DNA of 64,000 nt from Octopus sinensis (GCF_006345805.1 NC_043006.1:103478001-103542000), one strand, 5' to 3'; positions 12,580 to 24,395 are shown, counted from the first letter of the stretch. A program made the numbers and translations. Notes: generated by a model from the letters alone, not told the origin.

Positions 12580-13062
12580 GTATATATATGTATGCACATA
12601 TATTGCATGCTTCACGAAAAAGTAGGAATGTTTTTTTTTAAATATACATTTTGTATTCATAATTTTGACTCAAGACCAGCAGTTTCAGTAGAGAGGCTAA
12701 GTCGATAACATCAACCCAAGAGTTCAACAGGTTGTTATTTTATAGACCTCTAAAAGATTAAAGCCAAAGTTGACCTCGGTAGAGTTTGAACTCAAAACTT
12801 AAAGACAATTGATATGTATCTATGCACATTGCCCGGCGTGGTAACGATTCTGCTAGATCACATTTAAAAAAAATATGATTGTTAATCTTGGTTTCTTTTA
12901 TTGTAAAAATATATTTAACACAAAAGAATGGCAAAAATATGGCTGAATCTAACTTTTCTAATTACAATCAGATCAATGCTCCTAGATCAATTGTTTTTAA
13001 ATATATATATATATATATATATAAAGGTGCTTCTATATTCATATTCAAAATAAAAATAAACG

Positions 13063-13294
13063 TATTGGGTTGGTGCATAATTATTGCGGCTTTTTTCAAC
13101 AAAATTTATTCAACAAAAACATCTTTCAATGATTATTCCGGAGCATATTCACCATCTACTTCAGTTACTGCTTTCCATTTGCTTTGCAGACGGTCAGAGT
13201 AATTTAAGGATGTTTTTGTTAAATATTGTTATTGTTTTTGTTGAATAAAATTTGTTGAAAAAAACGACCTCAATAATTATGCACCGACCCAATA
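13063..13294. mobile_element. Mariner-derived MITE with TA target-site duplication
   Basis: TIR ta|ttgggttggtgcataattattg...caataattatgcaccgacccaa|ta, extending through caacaaaatttattcaacaaaaaca. The internal minus strand reads DRLQSKWKAVTEVDGEYAPE*, like a mariner transposase C-terminus. Confidence 0.88.
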
Positions 13295-13397
13295 TGTTTC
13301 TTCATAATGTAAACACTTTTGCAAAGATTTTAATAGAAAGAACAATTCAAAACATCTATGTCATCTATTTTCTGTACGTAATATTTCTATCTATTAT

Positions 13398-13825
13398 AAG
13401 GCGGCGAGTTTGAAGAATCGTTAGCACGCTGGGCAAAAGGCTTAGCAGTATTTCGTTTGTCTTTACTTTCTGAATGCAAATTCCGCGGAGGTCGACTTTG
13501 CCTTTCATCCTTTTGGGGTCGATAAATTAAGTACCAGTTGCGTGCTGGGGTCCATCTAATCGACTAGCCTCCTCCACCAAAATTTCGGGCGTTGTGGCTG
13601 GAGTAGAAACGAATATTTTTATGGCGGCGTGAGTGAAGAATCGTTATGCCTAGTGGAGAAAAGAATATTTCGTCTGTCTTAATGTTCTGAGTTCAAATGT
13701 CACTGTGGTCGACTTTATCATTTATCCTTTCATTGTCAATAAAATAAATATCTGATGAGTACTGGAATCGACTATACTCCCCTCCCCGAAATTGCTGGCC
13801 TTGTGCTTGTGCCAAAATTTGAAAT
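13398..13825 (+). mobile_element. Two head-to-tail SINE family A copies (second decayed)
   Basis: Heads aaggcggcgag at 13398 and ggcggcgtgag at 13623, each followed by core and tail. Confidence 0.8.
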
Positions 13826-14306
13826 TGATATTTTAACCTCCTGTCTCGCTCAGGATATTGTTTTACTTTGGTATAAAAAATCGAAATGTGGAAGGTTCCC
13901 GAGTTTTGTTTTTCTTTATGAAATCTATATACATTTTTGTAAGACATGTTTTACTTTTATTAAATCCTCGTTGAAGGATTATTGCAAAACATTCTTCACT
14001 TAGATCAGCATTTAATTAGCAAAAACAAAAGAAAAACTTGTTTGGGTTCATTTATACAAGGTATTGGGAGACGCAGCTTCTAGCCCTGTGATCTGGCGGT
14101 GTGAAACACCACAACTTCTGGCTTGTGACATCAAGTAACATCTCTGTCTATACCTATCGATTCGACAAACTACTATCATATAGCGACTTTTTATTGATAT
14201 CAACATGATGCATAAGGTTTCCCGTTTCCTACACGCTATAATACTTGAAGTCAGCTAAGTGGGACCATCGCAACCTATTATGCAATCACACTACACATAC
14301 TCAAAG

Positions 14307-14348
<42 letters not shown>

Positions 14349-14444
14349 ACTTGCAAACACACACACTCAAAAATATATATACACACGCTCACACGTATAA
14401 GTACATCCATATGAAACTGGGGCTAAAATTAAAATATAGGGCGA

Positions 14445-14612
14445 TCAGTTAATTATGGTTTTATTCAACATATTGCTCTCTCAGTTTCACACACTTATTG
14501 CAGCGGTCCTTTAGTTTTTCTACGCCCTATAAAATAACACGGAATTTTGGGCGTCCAACCAGGACTTTCGCGATAACCTTGAAGCCTGGAACTTTTCAGC
14601 ATCTCATCTTAT
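14445..14612. mobile_element. Probable Tc1/mariner MITE remnant
   Basis: Ends in gcctggaacttttcagcatc, the reverse complement of a mariner-type gctgaaaagttcc TIR; only one end is visible. Confidence 0.45.
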
Positions 14613-15200
14613 ATGTACATACATTTATAAATGTGTGTGTATGCTGTGTTTGTGTGTTTATGGTGTGTGGGTGTATGAGAGAGAGAGGGAGAGGAGAGAG
14701 AGAGAGAGGAGAGAGAGAGAGAAATAGAGAGAGAGTTGTAGACCATCTGTATCTGAACAGTATAATTTTACTAAATCCAAATGAGATATTTAATCATTTA
14801 TTGCGTACATCGATCGACTCGGCAGATCGGTGGTTTATCTAAAATTTAAAATGCGAAAGAATTAGCTTCAAATGCATACTATGAAGAAAAATATACAAAA
14901 TTTGCCATACGTTACCGCACAGAACAACTAAATATTTGAGTTACTATTCAACAACTTATTTGTATAAGCTGACAACAGACACATGCTTAGCTACCCAATA
15001 TATTAAGCAACAGTTGACGTCACGAACGATTGTTATATAAATCAGCCATAAGCGAAGGAACGAACGAAGCAGAGACTTTATCATCGAGAAATAATTACGA
15101 ACATAGAAATGTAGTGAGAAATAAATTAATAGAAGTGAACCGGCGGAACTTGGAAGGATTCAATACAGGAGTTAAATAATATAAACATGCATAGGAGTAA

Positions 15201-15357
15201 GAGTGGCTGTGTGGTATGTAGCTTGCTTACGAACCACATGGCTTCGGGTTCAGTCCCACTGCGTGGCACCTTAGGCAAGTGTCTTCTACCTATAGCCTCG
15301 GGCCGACCAAAGCCTTGTGAGGGGATTTCGTAGACGGAAACTGTAAGAAACCCGTCG

Positions 15358-15390
<33 letters not shown>

Positions 15391-16455
15391 GTGTGTGTAT
15401 ATGTTTGTGTGTCTGTGTTTGCCCCCCCCCCCAACATCGCTTGACAACCGATGCTGGCGTGTTTACGTCCCCGTAACTTAGCGGTTCGGCAAAAGAGGCC
15501 GATAGAATAAGTACTAGGCTTACAAAGAATAAGTCCTGGGGTCGATTGGCTCGACCAAAGGCGGTGCATGGCCACAGTCAAATGACTAAAACAAATAAAA
15601 GAGTATATCAATTAAGCGGTAAAACTTTAGGTCAGGACAAATACTCAAACATTCAGCGAGAACAAATATTTCTATACGTTTCTTTTTATTCTTTTATTAG
15701 CTTCAGTCATTTGACTGCGGTCATGCTGGAGCACTGCCTTTCATCGAACAAATCGACTACAAGACTTATTCTTTGTAAGCCTAGTACTTATTCTATCGGC
15801 ATCTTTTGCTGAACCGCGAGGTTACGGGGACGTAAACACATCAGCATCGGTTGTCAAGCGGTGATGGGGGACAAACACAGACACACAAATACAAGAGTGG
15901 CTGTGTGGTAAGTAGCTTGCTTACCAACTACATGGTTCCGGGTTCAGTCCCACTGCGTGGAATCTTTGGCAAGTGTCTTCTACTATAGCCTCGGGCCGAC
16001 CAAAGCCTTGTGAGTGGATTTGGTAGACGGAAACTGAAAGGAGGCCGTCGTATATATGTATAAAAATAGAAATGTATGTGTGTGTATATGTTTGTGTGTC
16101 TGTGTCCCCCCCCAACATCGTTTGACAACCGATGGTGCTGTGCTTACGTACCCGTATCTTAGCGGTTCTGCAAAAGAGACCGATAGAATAAGTACTAGGC
16201 TTTCAGAGAATAAATCCTGGGGTCGATTTGTTCGACTAAAGGCGGTGCTCCTGCATGGCTGCAGTCAAATAACTGAAACAAGTAAAAGAGTAACTATATA
16301 TATATACTACTTCTTTCTGTTTCCGTCTACTAAATTCACTCACAAGGCTTTCGTTGGCTCGAGGATATAGTAGAATACACCTGACCAAGGTGCGACACCG
16401 TGAGACTGAAGCCGGAACCATGTGGTTGAGAGGTAACCTTCTTACTCCTGTGCCT
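15201..16455. mobile_element. Cluster of SINE family B: full + copy (15201-15603), - 3' half (15690-15885), + copy (15895-16292), - head (16310-16455)
   Basis: gagtggctgtgtgg..gggttcagtcccactgcgtggcacc..ggcaagtgtcttc head/core, internal (TA)/(TG) repeats, ggcggtgc..gcatggc..cagtcaaatgact tail. Confidence 0.9.
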
Positions 16456-16475
16456 ATATAAAAAGAATTATAAAG

Positions 16476-16548
16476 CGAGATCACCAGGATTCGAACCTGG
16501 AATCTTCTGATCCGTAGTCAGACGCATTATCCATTGCGCCACGAGCCC
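16476..16548 (-). tRNA. tRNA-Arg-ACG: tRNA-Arg(ACG), with acceptor-stem deviations (gene or recent pseudogene)
   Basis: Minus strand GGGCTCGTGGCGCAATGGATAATGCGTCTGACTACGGATCAGAAGATTCCAGGTTCGAATCCTGGTGATCTCG (73 nt). Anticodon arm TCTGA-CTACGGA-TCAGA, A and B boxes intact, TTTTT terminator about 12 nt downstream. One C4-U69 mismatch and G-U pairs in the acceptor stem. Confidence 0.85.
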
Positions 16549-16886
16549 TATGTATTTTTATTTTTGTTTTTAAATACTTGTAGTCTTCTCGTAAGGAAGA
16601 AGCTGGATTCTAATAAAACTACGAAAATCAATCGTTGAAATATAGTTTTAAAATGTTACGTATTTTACTTGCAAAATAAAGTTTACAGATTTTTACTTTT
16701 CCGCTTATAAATTATAATGTGCATGGTAGTTGATTGGTTTTGCTTCTTATGAAAACCTTAGCTTTGTAGACTGTCGCAGAGTTGTTTACTCACAAAAACA
16801 ACATCACTAATTATTATTAATATTAATGTGAATTTATAATCTGGGTATAGAAACAGAATGCGATGTGTTCAGTTTGACGCACTGAT

Positions 16887-17397
16887 TTCTTAATATTTTT
16901 TTTTAAGTAAACAGTTTGAAACTTCGTATACTGGTGGAACGTCTCACACAGAACACGGTTTACTTTGAATATTTTTGTCAAATTTTGGTATTTTGGAATT
17001 TATTTCGTGGTAAAGTTTTCGTATTTGGTTAACTTCAAGCTATGAACTACGTGTATTCAGTTGAAGAACGCTAGTGCTGTTTGCGATAGTTATCGAAGAA
17101 GTGGAATGTCTCATGCAGAACATGGTTTACTTTGAACGATTTTGACAAAATTTAGTATTTTAAACCCGGAAGTTGTTCTTCTTCGATTACTATAACAACC
17201 AGCAGTAGCTTTCTTCTACTGAATGCACGTCGTTGAATACTTGAAATTACTGAAATACGACAACTTTAACACGAAATAACCTCTAAAATACCAAAGTTTG
17301 TCAAAAATGTTCAAAGTATACCGTGTTCTACGTGAGACATTCCACCAGTATACGAAGTTTCAAACTGTTTAGTGGGAAAAAAAAAGAATAATTAGAA
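16887..17397. mobile_element. Foldback/MITE-like element with ~190-bp imperfect inverted arms
   Basis: 16887-17080 is the reverse complement of 17200-17397 (e.g. aaacagtttgaaacttcgtatactggtggaa / ttccaccagtatacgaagtttcaaactgttt); a partial third copy lies at ~17100-17162. Confidence 0.8.
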
Positions 17398-17879
17398 AAC
17401 CTGAGAGCCAAATTGTGCAGATCCACTGAATGTTTTCAAGCAGTTGCAATTAGCTATTCTCTTACCCTTTGTTTTGCGAACAGATATTGACAGCAAAACA
17501 GTTGATCTTTATGACAGCAAATATACTGTTTTGACTGCGTCAAACAACGAATTCCGGTCTGTTGTATTCATATTTGACGGAAGTTTAGATTAGAATGTTC
17601 ACCAAAATTCCTCTTGTTGATATCTATAAATGTATCCAGTAAGGGTGAATAGTGTATATTGATCACAGGCCAGCCATCTTTTTGAATGTCAAGCGGTCTC
17701 AACAACGTCATATCTCATAAGGAGGTAGTATCTTGACATTTGGGGTTAGCTGCTGATAATATGCGTGATGTCCTCAACAGGAATGTGATATTCTCAAAAT
17801 ATACATCAGAAAGGTTCAAAGGTAATTCCTGAGCATATGAGCATAGGCTCATATAACCAGTCTCCCAGATTCTGTGGCG

Positions 17880-18062
17880 TATATATTCTGCCGGCTGAGA
17901 CGGTTATCCGTCGCAAGGCTGCTCACTTTCGCCAGCCGAGTGGATCGGAGCAACGTAAAATGCAGTATTTTCCTCAAGAACACAAAGCATCGCCCAGTCA
18001 AGGAATCGAAATCATAATCATATGATTATGAGTGCAACATACGAACCACTATGCCACGCACC
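17880..18062 (-). mobile_element. tRNA-derived SINE family C (decayed)
   Basis: Minus strand gcgtggcatagtggttcg...ttcgattcc head, then ttgtgttcttgaggaaaatact..cgttgctccgatccactcggctggcgaaagtgag core; a relative lies at 44890-45065. Confidence 0.7.
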
Positions 18063-18070
18063 CCCACAAC

Positions 18071-18141
<71 letters not shown>

Positions 18142-18151
18142 GATCTATCTG

Positions 18152-18217
<66 letters not shown>

Positions 18218-18314
18218 ATCTATCTATCTTTCTATCTATCTATCTATCGATCTATCGATCTATCTATCTATCTATCTATCTATCGATCTATCTGTCTATC
18301 TATCTATCTATCTG

Positions 18315-18405
<91 letters not shown>
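18071..18405. repeat. (ATCT)n tetranucleotide array
   Basis: Directly visible; forms the false YLSI N-terminus of the 498-aa ORF. Confidence 0.95.
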
Positions 18406-19930
18406 GAGTAGGGTGGTCACTCTCGCCCGGCAATGGGCCGAGAGGAAACTGTCCCTAAAAGGTCGAGCGGAGGTGGCGAACACGTACATCGCGTCCGTCA
18501 TCTACTACCGCCTGACCGTCGTGCCTTGTCCCGACCCTACCATCACCAAACTACAACGCATCCTCTTTCGCTTCTTGTGGAAAGGATGCGTCCCGATGGT
18601 CAGGCGATCCATTTGCTGTCAACACCCGTTAAAAGGAGGGCTGGGCATGCCGTGGTTGATGATGCGCAGACACGCGCTGAGACTGCGACATCTCTGGCTC
18701 TATGTAGACGACGGTGAACAGGTGTGGTCGCCGTTTGTGAGGCACGCTTTCCCGCAGCTCGTCTCCATGACCGAACTGCAGTCGTGGATCAAAAAGAGGC
18801 CGAGGAAGGGCGAATGGCACCGCGAGTGTCGCGTTGCTCTCAAGCAACTCTGCCGTCCTGGGTCGACCTTAAGTGACTTCAACACAACCAAAGCATTCTA
18901 TAGGGGTTTAGTGGAGGGGAGGTACGACGACGAGCTCGGGGCGAACCTGGACGTCGACGAGGAGTACCTGACCCGCCTGTTCGGGACGACTTTCGGGCCA
19001 GGGCCCATGGACAACTTCCAGAGATCCCTGGCCTGGCAGTGCTACCGAGAAGCGCTACCCGTTCGGGATAAGCTCTACAGACACGGCTCGAGAAACACGG
19101 GGCCGACCTGCCCGAGATGCGGTCAGAGCGACGAAACCGTTCTGCACGCACTCGTTCAGTGTCCAACAATTTCCGACCTGTGGGCTTATGTCGAACAACT
19201 GCTGTCACGTGTGGGACGAGTCGGTTTATCAGCTGTGTCTATCGTCAATATTGTCACGCCTCCTTCCTTCAAACGGGAAGGAAGAGCTATTTTCATCATC
19301 CTTGTGGCTATGGCGAAAGAATGTATCTGGTGGACGCGTCTGAAAGGATTGGAGACAAACACTTTCCTCTCTGGTCAATCTCTCATCAACTTCTTCAAGT
19401 ACCACTTGAAAAGGAAAGTGAGAGTAGAGAGGCAAGTTTTGTCTAGCGAATGTTTTAAAAAAAGATGGGTGAATGTAGCAAGAATGGCACGTATGAATGA
19501 CGAAGCCACCTTGAGCATAGTCCTATGAACCCAGAAATCGAAAACAGAGAGTTGCTTATTTGCAAAAAAAAAAAAAAAAAAAAAAAAAAAGAAATATAAA
19601 ATGTGACTTCATTGACCAAGGTTACCGTGGTCTTTTCCGTAGGCTTTTCTTTCCACGGGCAAACCTCACCTGTCCTCCCCTTTACACTTCATATTGACAT
19701 TTCTGTGATAACGATCCCTATTGATCAATTTTTTTTTTTTCTCTCCCCCCCCCTTTTTTTTTCTTAACCCCCCCTTTTTTTTCTCCTCTTTCTCTCCTTT
19801 TACGATCCCTTTTGATCGAAACTCCCCCTTCCTTTTTTTTTTTTTTTTTTTTTTTTAAACCTTCAAAAGAAAAGCTCTACCTGTAGTTTGTTCTATCTGT
19901 GTGCAGCCCTGTGTGGCTAATAAAGAAACA
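18406..19930 (+). mobile_element. Young 5'-truncated Tx1/L1-clade LINE: open ORF2 C-terminus (18406-19528, ~373 aa) + 3' UTR
   Basis: WAERKLSLKGRAEVANTYIASVIYY, FLWKG, GGLGMPWL, LAWQCYREALPVRDKL and CCHC knuckle CPRCGQSDETVLHALVQCP, with no stops. AATAAA at 19919-19924, then (ATCT)n. Confidence 0.92.
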
Positions 19931-20022
19931 TATCTATCTATCTATCGATCTATCTGTCTATCTAACTACACACACAGACACATATACGTATATATTTCTA
20001 TGTATATTTATATGTGTGCGTG

Positions 20023-20083
<61 letters not shown>

Positions 20084-21551
20084 GTGTGTATGTGTCGTGC
20101 CATAGCATGGCCACAACGTTGAGCTGAAACTGATAAAACAATAAAATAATATGCGTACCTATGTACGCATGTATATGAATGCTTGCATGTGTGTGTGTGT
20201 ATGTCTGTATGCGCGTGCGCACACGGGCGAGCTGGCGTAGACATATATTTTCGTTTGTGTAAGTTTAATACATACAATAATATTGCTATGTCAAAAATGC
20301 GTTATTTTTTGTACAACGCCCATTTGAATTCTACTCCTCTTTATACTGTAAATGTCTCAACATTCAAAGTGACAAGTTCTTTCCATATTTCCTTTGCTGT
20401 TTACCATTGTCTTGACTAATGTAATACATACTTGTCACTCTTTTCATAAGCAGCAAATGGATGCGTTTGCGCTAATGACTACACACCAAGTTGGAATGCA
20501 GTGTCATTCTAAAAGGGTCATAGAAACGAATTCCTGTTCGTAAATATATAACACATGAACTAATAATAGTCAAAAGTACAGCAGAATATTTACTAGAAGC
20601 GCAAACTGAGAAATATTTCCCTAATAAATGTATAAAATATTAAGCGCAGCTCATTGGAATACGTTTTTTAAATGATTATAGACAGAAATAGGCGTTGAGA
20701 GTAGAAAATAGTAATAGCTTCTCTATGAAGGCTGTCAGTATTTTACAAAATTGCAGCAACATCTACAAATCTCACTCTAAATTCTAGAATGCTAAGATCA
20801 CATTAACCACAACATGTCTGAGTTCACACTGGAATGCTGAGATCATCACGAAAAGAAAGTCAAGGCTAAAACATATTTTACCATGTAAGTTACTTGTATT
20901 AGACCGACATGCCGTTAAACAATAATACTAGTGTCAATAACAACTTCAAACGAAATTGTTTTTGTTAGCTGTGTAAGCAGATTACTGTGACACCGTTAAT
21001 AATTATCCTCACACTCGTCACCACAAACCGTTTTCTGTCTGTCTCTCTCTCTATAAGTTCTATTAGCACTTCGCCAAACATACAGTACAGCCTAATTTTC
21101 TTTCAACAGAAAAAATGTCTTATTATTTTGATCATATCTTACTCTTCGCTGCAGCCACATAATGGATCAGCCGTTGTGAAACCAACATTTTGTACGTTTG
21201 AAGAATTTTGGTATTAGTCTGAAATCCGACAGTGTTGATAGCCGAAACTCGAGTTGAGTGCTTCTCTGTAAATACCCTACATATATACACAACCAGGACC
21301 TTAGAATGTATATATATATATAATAGAAATATTAAAATAACTAAGTCTCTCTAAAAGAGAACAGCGGCAGCGTTCCCGGAAAATAATAGTTATCGCCATA
21401 CTAATATGGCATTCTTATAAAAATAAGAAAAAAGCTGTCCGCTTATTAGCTCCATGAGGCCATCGCCTTAAGTTAGCTATTTGATACACAAACTGCATCC
21501 ATATAACCTTCGAACAAGGGAGGTCAGTGGCTCCACACTACTTGACCGGCA

Positions 21552-21593
21552 GCTACAGACGCGTTTCGGGGTATTGCCCCTTTTCAATGCAGC
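21552..21593 (-). ncRNA. Minimal type I hammerhead ribozyme, U3-A8 core variant (copy 1)
   Basis: Minus strand gctgca-UUGAAAA-gggg caata cccc-GAAA-cgcg-UC|tgtagc: 6-bp stem I, 4-bp stem II, palindromic ACGCGU stem III, GUC cleavage triplet. Confidence 0.8.
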
Positions 21594-21913
21594 GTAGCCA
21601 GCCAGTAGGTGTCGCTTCCGACAATCTCTGTTCGATGGCTTTATTTACCTAGTTTCGGTGGAATACATCCACTTGTTTTCAATAATAGAAATATTAAAAT
21701 AACTAAGTCTCTCTAAAAGAGAACAGCGGCAGCGTTCCCGGAAAATAATAGTTATCGCCATACTAATATGGCATTCTTATAAAAATAAGAAAAAAGCTGT
21801 CCGCTTATTAGCTCCATGAGGCCATCGCCTTAAGTTAGCTATTTGATACACAAACTGTATCCATATAACCTTCGAACAAGGGAGGTCAGTCGCTCCACAC
21901 TACTTGACCGGCA

Positions 21914-21955
21914 GCTACAGACGCGTTTCGGGGTATTGCCCCTTTTCAATGCAGC
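21914..21955 (-). ncRNA. Minimal type I hammerhead ribozyme, U3-A8 core variant (copy 2)
   Basis: Identical motif 362 bp from copy 1. Confidence 0.8.
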
Positions 21956-22059
21956 GTAGCCAGCCAGTAATATATATATTAATGAAAGGAATTCCAACTT
22001 TGATTTTCAAGTTTTACTTACAGACTTATAATAATATGATATAAGATAATATAATGGAA

Positions 22060-23848
22060 TGATAGAATATGAAATGTTCCATGCGATTGAACTAATACGC
22101 TTTCATGCATTAAACTATGCAATCTTCAGGTTCATAAAGTTCGACTTTAGTGAGAAAACTTATATATATATATACTTCAGAACAATTGTTTCCTATTTGA
22201 TGATGACACATACTATCGTCAGAAATGCGGAATTGCGGTGCGAACGAAAGCAGCTCCTGTTCTTGCGAACCTAATAATGGGTTATTTTGAATTCACCTTA
22301 TATGAAGTATCACTTGAGAAATACGGTTACCCATGTTACCTCGACATAAGAGAAAATTGGAAGAGATACCTAGATGACTGCTTTATCATTTGGAAGGAGA
22401 ACATCGACAAACTTTTGGATTTCAAATCAAAACTAAATGATATAAATAGTAATATTCAATTCACAGTGGAATATAAGAAAGAACTCCCATTTTTAGACAT
22501 CATGATGAAAAAAGTTAACAATAAAATCCTAACGGACATTTATTATAAACCAACTGATTCAAACAATATCTGCCACCCGAAACACATCAAAATAAACATC
22601 CCTTTCAATTTGGCAAAAAGGATTTGCACAATAGTGTCTGATAGAACAATTCGAGACCTTCGTCTTCAAGAATTCAAAAAAACGCTTATTGAAAGACAAT
22701 ATCCACCCTCACTTATCGACAAGGGAATTAAACGTGCTAAACAATTAGACACAAAACACAAAGAACAAGAAAACATAACACCACACCTCAACTCAAAACA
22801 TTACTATTTATATCAACACCCAACCCCAGAAACAGTGAGGAATTCACCACTATTGTGCAAACTCTCCCTTTACTAACTGGAGATCCAAAAATGAACGACA
22901 TCCTGAAAACACACAAACTCATCAAATGCAAAAAATACAAGACAAATCGCTATAGAGACTACTAACAAATGCGAAGCTTTACAAAACAACCACGAAACGG
23001 TTGAAAAATGTGAACGCCCAAACTGTGGAAGCTGCCCCAACCTACTTGAAGGCTCGGATTTCCTTTTCAAACAAGGACAGAGGTTCACAATGAAAATTAG
23101 TTTCACTCGTGCCTCTGAGAACCTAATTTATGTATTAAACTGCTCGGGTTGCGGACACCACTGTATTGGACAAACGAGTATGACCTTGAGAAAGAGAACC
23201 ACTCTACATAAAGAGCAAATCCGTTTCCCGCAATACAGGCAACTTCTTCTCAGTGAGCATATAGAAAAATGTGCAGATAAAATCAAACCAAATTTCACAG
23301 TCTTCCCCATCTACTAGTACAAAAACACAATCTCTCCACAAGAACGTTCAAATAAAGAAACTTTTTTCATCGAAAAATACAGAACAACTCTTAATATGCA
23401 CGCATAACCAAGTTTTAACTTTTTACATATTTCAATTCACGACTATATCTCTGTAGATAAATCCCCTCACTAAACAAGGTTTTCGAAACTTGTCTTTGTC
23501 TGTACATATATATTTCCCTCCCATTACCGAAAGCTGAACAGTTATCTCCTTTACCCACAGCCATAACAATAATAATGATAACCAATTACCTCCCCTTATT
23601 TTTCTACGGGTGAAGTCATTCACTTGTATATATCACCAAACACAGCATGGACAAAATTTCTTCTTAAGAAAAAATATATATTCAAATAACTAAAACATAA
23701 TATCATGAATAGGGATAGCGAAACCGGTCGATATATTAAAAATTATATTAAAACTATGTAAGTGTGCGTATTTTCCTTTTTTAATTTCCTTATATACATT
23801 ACAACTCACAACGTGGGGATAATCTAAATTCCTCTTTTCTGTTACTGA
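22060..23848 (+). mobile_element. Penelope-like retroelement remnant: RT + GIY-YIG endonuclease + 3' terminal repeat
   Basis: LQNNCFLFDDDTYYRQKCGIA, TKAAPVLANLIMGYFE, RYLDDCFIIW, LPFLDI, TDIYYKPTD, CERPNCGSC, LIYVLNCSGCGHHCIGQT, RKRTTLH; several frameshifts. Confidence 0.9.
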
Positions 23849-23904
23849 TATATATATATCCTGAAAACACACACATATATGTATATATATATATATATAT
23901 ATAT

Positions 23905-24015
23905 AGTAGTAACAGAAAGGAGGAATTTCGGTTGTCCCCGCATGGTGAGTTGTAATGTATATAAGAAATTAAAAAAGGGAAATACTCACATTTACATAGT
24001 TTTAATATAATTTTT

Positions 24016-24030
<15 letters not shown>
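23905..24030 (-). repeat. Inverted copy of the Penelope 3' terminal segment (23732-23848)
   Basis: The reverse complement reads ttaaaaattatattaaaactatgtaa..tacattacaactcac..aaattcctc.ttctgttact, matching 23735-23846. Confidence 0.85.
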
Positions 24031-24087
<57 letters not shown>

Positions 24088-24089
<2 letters not shown>

Positions 24090-24365
24090 TGGCTGTGTGG
24101 TAAGTAGCTTGCTTACCATCCACGTGGTTCCAGGTTCAGTCCCATAGCGTGGCACCTTGAGAAAGTGTCTGTGATTGTCGCCTCACCATCGCTTGACATC
24201 GATGCTGCTGCGTTTACGCCCACGTAACTTAGCGGTTCGGCAAAATAGACCGATAGGGTGAGTACTAGGCTTACAAGGAATAAGTCCTGGGGACGATTTG
24301 TTCGACTAAAGGCGGTGCCCCAGCATGGCCTCAATCAAATGACTGAAATAAATAAAAATATAAAA
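24088..24365 (+). mobile_element. SINE family B with internal deletion
   Basis: agtggctgtgtggtaagtagc head and ggcggtgccccagcatggcc tail, following (TA)n. Confidence 0.85.
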
Positions 24366-24395
24366 GATAATCTATATACATATATATAGATGTGT

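Larger units (their letters stand above)
21320..21969 (-). mobile_element. ORF-less element of two 288-bp direct repeats (period 362 bp) in (TA)n; Penelope-pLTR/retrozyme-like
   Basis: 21320-21607 and 21682-21969 differ at 2 positions, with a 74-bp unique spacer and (TA)n on both flanks; each repeat carries a hammerhead motif. Confidence 0.85.

Noticed and set aside
18032-18405. N-terminal 125 aa (YLSI repeats) of the 498-aa ORF
   Set aside because: This is the (ATCT)n array read in frame with the truncated Tx1 ORF; not a real fusion protein.
21225-21265. Hammerhead-like remnant (gccgaaactcgagtt)
   Set aside because: GAAAC plus a palindrome is present but there is no recognisable CUGANGA core or stem I.
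21320-21969. Repeat-spacer-repeat pattern considered as CRISPR-like or LTR retrotransposon
   Set aside because: Only two 288-bp repeats, eukaryotic context, no cas genes; no TG..CA termini, PBS or PPT.
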